This document shows positions 55,857 through 64,000 of a stretch of DNA of 64,000 nucleotides, piece after piece. This stretch comes from Octopus vulgaris. Its lineage: Eukaryota. The notes below the pieces were generated by a model. It searched no databases, was not told the DNA's origin, and saw only the letters and a list, made by a program, of their open reading frames with translations. The stretch spans positions 123,132,001 to 123,196,000 of the forward strand of contig OX597817.1 of the NCBI GenBank assembly GCA_951406725.2, given 5' to 3'. The first letter of the stretch is position 1, and every line of letters starts with the position of its first letter. Position numbers and translations under genes: made by a program.

Positions 55857-57872
55857 TAGAAGATATATTTCTGTCGTAAACACCGATACATAGCTATACA
55901 CAAATATACTTAATAGTTTTTGAGGAAGATTAAAAGACATTCTTGTCTTTATCGGAGTTAAAGTGTAAATGTTTTATAGGTAGGTATTCGCTGGATACCC
56001 AACAATATGAAGACAAAATGAAACAGAGCTCTTGGTATATGAAATCGAATTACATTAATGTGTTTTGGATTAATTTTCTCCTCGAGTTAGATTTTGAACT
56101 TATTGCTGCAAGCAAAGAAATTATGCTGCGGCCTTTTCGTTTACAAACGTAAAACGTTACCATGTTACCGACACATAGTACACGCGTTCATCTCCAACCA
56201 AGAACGGTTGCTCCATAAGGTCAGTCTACCTACGAAGCATAGCAGCCACATTTTCCCTGATTCACATCCTATCCACTTAGAAAGATATGGTAACGAGGAC
56301 TACACTAGTCAATATAACATTTGATATACAATTCTTAAAAAGAAAGACAGGATGGTCGTGGCTAGAACCTTCTAGATCGTAGACATTTTCATTTCGGACT
56401 AAACTACATTACATTTATAATTAACTGAATATCGTCTACATGTGAAGTGTCTTAACTAATGACACGATACAGTGTCTGGGACATCACCCAAAACTATCAA
56501 CACTTTGTTAGCAGTGTGTTATTCTATCTAACCAGCTGTGACACTAGAGGTTATAATTTAAAGTTCACTTGAAAAGCTGAATTTTTTTCTAATGGATAAT
56601 GGATAGTGCAAAAGATTTTTTGTCGTAATGGATATAGTAAAAAGCTGGATGTTGTCTGTTTCATAAAAAATAGAAGACAACAAAAACAAATTTTGCTAAA
56701 TTTCAGGTAGCTGTATTTAATTACTAGCTTTAAATTGATGTTACTCAAACAATATTGATCAGACAAGATTATCTGTGCACAACTCAAATCAGTACTGACA
56801 CAACATTAGATCGTCCCAGTTTTATGGCCAGTTCTACAGTAAAATTATGCCAGACATTGATGATATATTTTAACACCAGTAACGACACTTTTACACTGAC
56901 ACATTTTCTTAAAATGTGTCAGTCTCGTCCTGAAGCTATCTATGATTACATAAGAAAAATAAAAGCAGGAAAATACATGCCAATTGAATCGAATACTTTA
57001 CATTTAAATTATTCAGAGTAAAGAAAAACTGTAAAAATTATATAAAATAAATTGCCTCTTGCATGTGCTCGATCAGTTTTGTTTTTAAATCTGAAATCAT
57101 GCTTTTGAAGTTAAAGCAACTTATTGATCTTAAAGAAATAAGATGTAAAGACAAGTTGGGACAGGATTTGTGTTAACAGGGAAGGAAAAATTTCAAATAT
57201 CGTTAAAGATTTAGTTTTGTGCTCTCGTCTTTTCCTGCCAACTCGTTGCACGGAATATCTGTGACAAAATCGCAAATATAAAATGAAAGACTTTCATATT
57301 CAATATTACAATGTTGTAGGATAGTTTAGTCACAGAAATATAGATTTCCCCAACCAAATACTTTGTGGTATTTAGTTACGTTCCTTTAAGTATTCTGAGA
57401 CCATATCATGGCAAAGATAACTGAATCTTTCATCCTTTCGGGGAGGATTGTGCAAGCGTTTGCGTGGCCGTTGAAGTGACTGTACCATTCACTACAAAGA
57501 TATGGTTGTGCATTAATGTTAAGATATCAATAATTGATAGTAGATATTACAATCTATCTGAATGTATCTCAACCACTTTCTAACTTTCCAATACATAAAT
57601 ATATTTCTTCAGAACATTACAGTAACTATTCTTACATTAGGCCGTGGAGAATTCACAAATAATGTTTGAATTTGGATCAATGTAGATACAACATTTGCCT
57701 TCACAGCTTTCAACAAGAATCCGCACACGTCATCAACATTCCAATATGATATATGTGTGAGTGTGTGTGGGTGTGTGTATGAGTGTGCGTGTGTGTATAA
57801 ATATAAACAGACACATACATATACCTACTCACATACATACGTATATGCGCTTGTATATATATATATATATAC

Positions 57873-57903
<31 letters not shown>

Positions 57904-59984
57904 TGTATGTATGTATGTATGTATGTATGTATGTATGAATGTATATTATATGTTCTGTTTGTTTCTTTGTTTAAGTCTTGATCATTTTCACTTTGCCTTT
58001 TATCTCTTCCACATCAATAGAATAATAAATATAGAAATAAATAGCATTTATCACATTTGATTTCTTTTCCATAATCTCAATATGTTCCACATTCATGAAA
58101 TGAAGGTACAGATAAAACAGCTGTAATGTAGACGATAATTCGGGCAAAGGTTAAATCTCATATCTATAACGAAAATTAATTCTGTCAGCATAAATGAAAT
58201 AAACTACATGTAAAACTAATTCTGAACAATCTTATTTTCCTGCTTTATTATTATAGAAAGATTCTTTTACCGGTTTCAGTCATTGGACTGTAGCTTTACT
58301 GTGTCACCACCTATAGAGATTTAGTCGATCATCTAATGGGCAGGAAATCCATTTGAATATTTCGATATCTGATATTCATGTATCGATATATTGTCTTTCT
58401 CTTTTTCTCTGTATGTAGTATTTATGTTAATAGATGTATGTGTGTGTTTGTCTGTATGTCTATGTGTGTTACTAGTCAGTGGTAATCAGGTATAGCACTA
58501 TTTCACTTTTTAAAGAAATCCTCAGTATAACAACTTGGCGCATATTAATTTAACAATTTATGAACCGAGACATTTCTTACAGATGAAAAATAATTAATTC
58601 TGAAAGAAATTCAAAGAAGGCGTGGTTTTCTCCTCTTTGTTTCTTTTTTCTTCATCAGTCTTAATTAACGTTGTAATCGTGAAAGGAGAGAGAGGAAAAT
58701 TCCTTCGGATCTACATCCAGCAAAAAGCTAGTTTCAGTAAGTTCCACATTGTGAAGGTGTTCTGAAGTAGTTGATATTTAAGTTTTTGATACATACGAAA
58801 TTTAAAAACCGTTTTCAGGTGTAGATATTGGTTTGAAGCTATATTGTGAAAGAGATATCTCTAGACAAAGAGGAAGAAATAAAGAATACGTGTTAGAGTA
58901 ACGAACCCAATAAAAACATGAATAAAGGAAGGAAAATATGTTGTTAGTTGAAATTGTTTTGATGAAAAATAAGCTAATCGAAGAAGGAACTATGGAAGAG
59001 AGAAGGGAGGAGACAGGCGGTGAGGCCAGAAAAATATTGCAATGGAAATTCGGTTGCATCTCAATTGAATAAGGTTTAAGTAATTCTGAAATAAACGAAT
59101 TTAATTCCTGAGCAGCAATCAGATATAAAAATAACTTTGAACCGCCCCCCCCCCCCCCAAAAAAACAACAACATAAACTTAGGTTTCGGACAAAATTAGA
59201 CCACGCTATCTCTAACTTGACAGATTCTTCAAATGGAATCAGTTAAATGATTTTAAAGTCTAGCTTTGTGGTAGTTTGGTACATTGGAATATGGAAATGT
59301 TGGATGAGATAGAGCTAGGTAAAGAGGACTAGTCTGATATTCTTTGAAGAAATTTATTCAGATATCATTTGAAGCTTATGGACTCCTTTTTTTATTGGTT
59401 TTGAGATAATATTGCATAGAGCAGGGTCCGCTGAAGTAAAGTAAATGTATTTCAGTGTGGTTATCTGTTGTGAGATTGATTTGTGTAGGGGAGGATGGTG
59501 CAGGAGCCTAGCTTCGGGTGACTTGTAAACTTGATGTTATGGTCGTTTAGGCAATGCTGACAGTATATTCACCACATCGGACAAAGGATATTGTGTTCAC
59601 ATTAGCGTTGGATCAAATAGAGTTTCAATGCTTTAAAGCGGTCCCAATAATCAAGCTCAGTCACGCCATTTATTATTTTTTTTTATATAATTGACTTTTG
59701 AAGGTAAGTATTTATAACAAACTAACTACTTAACATTTTACTGCAAATATCATTAGTACCTATTAATTATGTTCTTTGTCTAATTTACTGTTATACCATT
59801 CTATTTCATTTTATTAGTTCTTTTATTGTCAACTCATTTTTTTTTGTATTTAATTGCTATCAATTCTTTTATGAAACTATTAATGCTATCTAACTGAACT
59901 TCGTTTAAATCTTTTAAAAATGACTGTATTGATTTTCTTTATTTCTGTCTAATATTTTTTCTGTCTAATATTTATCATTTTGTG

Positions 59985-60765
59985 AATGCGCATTGTTTGA
60001 TTTTGACCCTACTACACAGTATAGTAGGGTCAGTTAGGCAGTGAGAAAAACAGCATCATGACGCAATTCACCAGAAGTCTGAAAACGACGCGCATCGGAA
60101 ACTCCAATACGAACATTTCAGAGTTTGGGTGTTAATCTGAGAACAGTGCAATCTAAAGCCATGTAACGAGAGTGATAAAAATCAAACATCCAGTCAACAT
60201 CATGGTGTTTGGCGTGATCACTAGTAATGGCGACGTTATGCCTCCATTCATCTTCCCACATGGCTTCAGTGCCTGGAGGAGGTAATACTGCCTTGTATGA
60301 AGAGGGTTGCGGCTGGAAGATCTCACGCCTAGCAACAAGACTCTGTACCATGCCACACACAAACAGTGGAACTCATGGCTATCAGGCAATTTCTGAGACA
60401 ACATCAGCCCTAAAATCTGGCCACCTAATTCCCCAGACTTCAACCACCTTGATTATTATGCGTGGGGCGCAGTTAAGCGAAAGACCAACAAAACTCCTTG
60501 TAACACCAAAGATGAACTCAAGGCAAGGATTATGACAGTATTCACCACCTTAAACAAGGAGACCGTCCAGAAGAGTTGCAGGAAATTGTGAAGTTGTCTG
60601 GAGGGTGTGGTTGAAGCCAATGTTCATTTTAATGACTAAATTTTCTTTTTAGTATTTCAAGATTTCTTTATGCAATTTTAGTAAATATATCTGTCAAAAT
60701 GAACTGTCAGTGTTACTTTCGTTTTTGCGTAATTTAGCTGACAGTTTATTCACTGCAGCCTCAGT
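59985..60765 (+). mobile_element. Internally deleted Tc1/mariner element, DD37D(maT)-like
   Basis: KHPVNIMVFGVITSNG, QQDSVPCH, WPPNSPDFNHLDYYAWG, CLEGVVEAN; D-D spacing not countable because of a frameshift. Confidence 0.8.
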
Positions 60766-60844
60766 GTGTGTGTGTATATACCATACATATCACTCCCCAA
60801 AAATGTGTTGAGTGCTCTTCTTTCGTTTGCCTAATCACTAGTAT

Positions 60845-61002
60845 ATCTCTATATATAAACGGCAGTTTGTCTGTGCGTGTTTCTGTGTGTCTGTTTGCTT
60901 GTACCCTCACCCTGACCACGGCTTTCAACCGATTCTGATGAAACTTGACACACACAGCCAATGTCATAATTCAAAACTAACGCAGCGAAAATTTTGTAAA
61001 GT
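60845..61002 (+). mobile_element. Helitron-like 5' fragment preceded by CTAG
   Basis: CACTAGT-ATA-TCTCTATATATAAA..TGTCTGT..CAACCGATTCTGATGAAACTTG. Confidence 0.45.
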
Positions 61003-61036
<34 letters not shown>

Positions 61037-61053
61037 ATATATATAGTTATATA

Positions 61054-61109
<56 letters not shown>

Positions 61110-62263
61110 CATACATACATTACATGCATACGCTTTCTTTCAGAATCAATGCCATAACGAACTTTTTTTCTAATTCTTAGACTATAAGAGACCTCTATTG
61201 AGGGGATTTCAAATAGAGAAGACATGCATAATACTGAAAATTGGACACTAATTCATTTCGTCCAGTTATAAATTAAGGATAACCAAACCAAGTGTTGAAA
61301 TGTAATAAATATTAAATAAGGAAAATGTATTTCTTGTGCACTACAGAATACTTATTTATTGACAGAGCAAAATTCTTAGTTATGAAAGTATTTGTGATGG
61401 TAGCCTAGAAATATTAGCGAATAAGTTTGATTTAATCCATATATTTATAGCATTATCTTTAATTATTTGCTTTATAAATTAATACATAATTAACTTAAAC
61501 ATAATCTTGAATCTGAAACCACTCGATTTAATTGGATATCTTATCAAATTGCTCTTAGATGATTTACATAAAACACCACGTGATCATAAACTCGTTTACT
61601 ACTGCATAGACCCTTACTTACATTGTGCGGATTTATTTGGATATTATGAGTCGTATACATTGAGTTATTTTATTAGTGATTACGAATAGCCATATACATT
61701 CATTTTTCATGACCGTTGTTTATTTTATTTTGTTTTATTTATTTCTCAAAAATGATATACATGACTACAGTTTCTACAGCGGAAACATTTTCTAAAAATA
61801 AATAATATTCGTGGTTTATTGGTGGTAGATGTATAAAAATGTAAACATAAAAACGCTATAAATCCAAGCAAATTAATGCATAAACTAGAGGTGCCTGATT
61901 ACAGTACAGAGAGGGAATTATATTCTGCAGCTATAACATTTTAAGTGTAGATAGTCCCTTAAATGTGATGATAACGAAATTGAAGCCTTATAAATTGTTT
62001 TCAGTTATGGGGGGAAGGAAATTGTTCATGATTATTGAAATGAAACACACTAAAATGGGAACTATAAAGCGAGAGGTTAATGAATAAAAAATTGTGAGAG
62101 TAGTATAGATAACAGAAAACCAAGTTACGTGAAATAAAGACGGTTATTAAGGAAGGTAAAGGTAAGTGTAGTTAACAACAGTTGGAATTTATGAGGAAGA
62201 GAATTAATTATTGTTATTATGGGATACAATAATAACTGTTAGGATGTGTAAGAAGATATATGT

Positions 62264-62329
<66 letters not shown>

Positions 62330-63042
62330 TGTATGGATATACAGGAAAAATAATATTAGACAAGAGGAAAATCAATGTAGAAGAGGGGAAAATGTTATGT
62401 ACAAAGTAATTATGGTTGCTGGCGATTTGTTCAAATGATAGCAACAAGAGGCTTAATTGAATTATTGACATACTTTTAGAAAATAGATATGAGCATCTAA
62501 TTGTAAAGGAATTCTTATAAGAGCCGTGTTTTCATTCAGTTAGATAAAGTGAGGTATAAATTGTAGGTAAGATTTAGATCATATCTATATGGCCTTTATA
62601 TGCGAGATAACATTTAATAAAGAAGGCTTTAGGTAAATATTGAATTTGTGTTGTATGTGGAAGAGTTTATTTCAATAGAGCTACAATTAGGCATATAGTT
62701 TCATTATATAAAGAAACATAACTTGGAGTACAAGTGGGTACTGGCAAATGACGGCGAGAATAAAAGGTAAAATTAAGAATAATGAGGCGTTGCTATTAAC
62801 TAAATAGAAGGTTACAATTGAAGTACCGATTTATAAACAATTAAAGAATAGATTTATCTTCCGTATTAGTTTCTTTACAATAGTATGTTAAAGAAATGTA
62901 TACGAAAAAATATTAGTATCATTGTTTAAAATGACCAAAAAGAATGCAATATCCTGAAATAAATTTGAAGATGATAATTTCTGGAGCATTTATGTCGGTG
63001 CAATCAAAATGTAAATTATAAAATTATAACATAGAGGTAATA

Positions 63043-63900
63043 TTGAGTCATCCCATAGGTAATGCGGTTTTTAAATCTTTTATTTTTCGACATTAAGATA
63101 AAGTTCTTTTTCAAACTAAAATATACTTTCCTTCATTTTCTACAATGTTCTTCCATCTGTCTGGTAGACTTGCAAGACCCCTCTTCCAAAATTCACTTGT
63201 CTGTGACAAAAAATACTACTCCAGTACTGTTCTGGCCTCATCTAGAGAATTCATATATTTTCCGTCCAAATGATTTTGAAGACTGCAGAATAAATGATAA
63301 TCAGATGGGGGCAATGTCCGGCGAATATGGTGGGTGGGGCATCGTTTCCCATTCAAACTGCTCCAGCTTTTGGAATGTCATCCTTACTGTATGTAGCCAA
63401 GCATTATTCTGATGGAAGAACAACTTTCGTCTTGAAATCAAAGATGGTTGGTTTTTTTCTTTTTCTAGCCCTGACTTAAACCGACCGCTCAAGCTGCTTG
63501 CAGAAAATCTCCTTTGCTATCGTTTGATTTAGGTTGACAAGGTCAAAGTGGATTAAACAGATAAAACACCTTATTTAGGTGAAGACATTCTTTAACCTTG
63601 GGTACCCGTGTTTCACCTTTCTCTACCCACTGTCTTCAGATATTGACATTTTTATAGAGAAATCATTTCTCGCAACAGTCACTATTCAGTCAAAAAAAGG
63701 TTCGTTTGTGAGAAGTGACAGCAAAGAAAAGCACACAATCACTCTCTGCGAGCGATTAAACTTGGAAAGTTTGTGAGGAAGCCATTTAGTCAATTTGCTG
63801 AATTTCTAATGGCACGCAGGTGTCGATGAATAGTTCAGTGACTAAAGAAATTCAAATGTACAAAATTTTTTAAAAGTAGCATTTCGTTTTTCTTTTTCAT
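63043..63900 (-). mobile_element. Internally deleted mariner relic
   Basis: TA-TTGAGTCATCCCATA terminus; FFHQNNAWLH..QKL..WETMPHPPYSPDIAP; WVPKV remnant. Confidence 0.88.
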
Positions 63901-63940
63901 AAATATCTACTTACTCGTGTGTTACCTCTACGTTTTTTAA

Positions 63941-63980
<40 letters not shown>

Positions 63981-64000
63981 GTATATATGTGTGTGTGTGT

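Noticed and set aside
60936-60946. CTGATGAAAC as a hammerhead core
   Set aside because: No room for stem II; lies in a Helitron-like repeat

Overview
AT-rich, microsatellite-dense eukaryotic non-coding DNA. The SINE/LINE repertoire suggests an octopus or other cephalopod genome (inference). No host protein-coding gene can be supported; nearly all listed ORFs are microsatellite artefacts or decayed transposon fragments. The window holds several tRNA-derived SINE families, fragments of RTE, CR1-like, R4/Dong-like, L1/Tx1-like and Penelope-like retroelements, mariner and Tc1-mariner relics, MITEs, an hAT-type element with an 8-bp TSD, and Helitron-like ends. The standout is a near-identical tandem array at 2099-5853 (7 full units of 489-490 bp plus a partial eighth). 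Every unit carries a type I hammerhead ribozyme motif on the + strand with an unusually long stem II. This is a retrozyme-like architecture predicted to release ~489-nt monomer or circular RNAs. Its ends show a twin-priming-like inversion, and it lies in the (TA)n tract of a split SINE. Further intact or decayed hammerheads occur in Penelope-like inverted termini at ~7376, ~47986 and ~50700.
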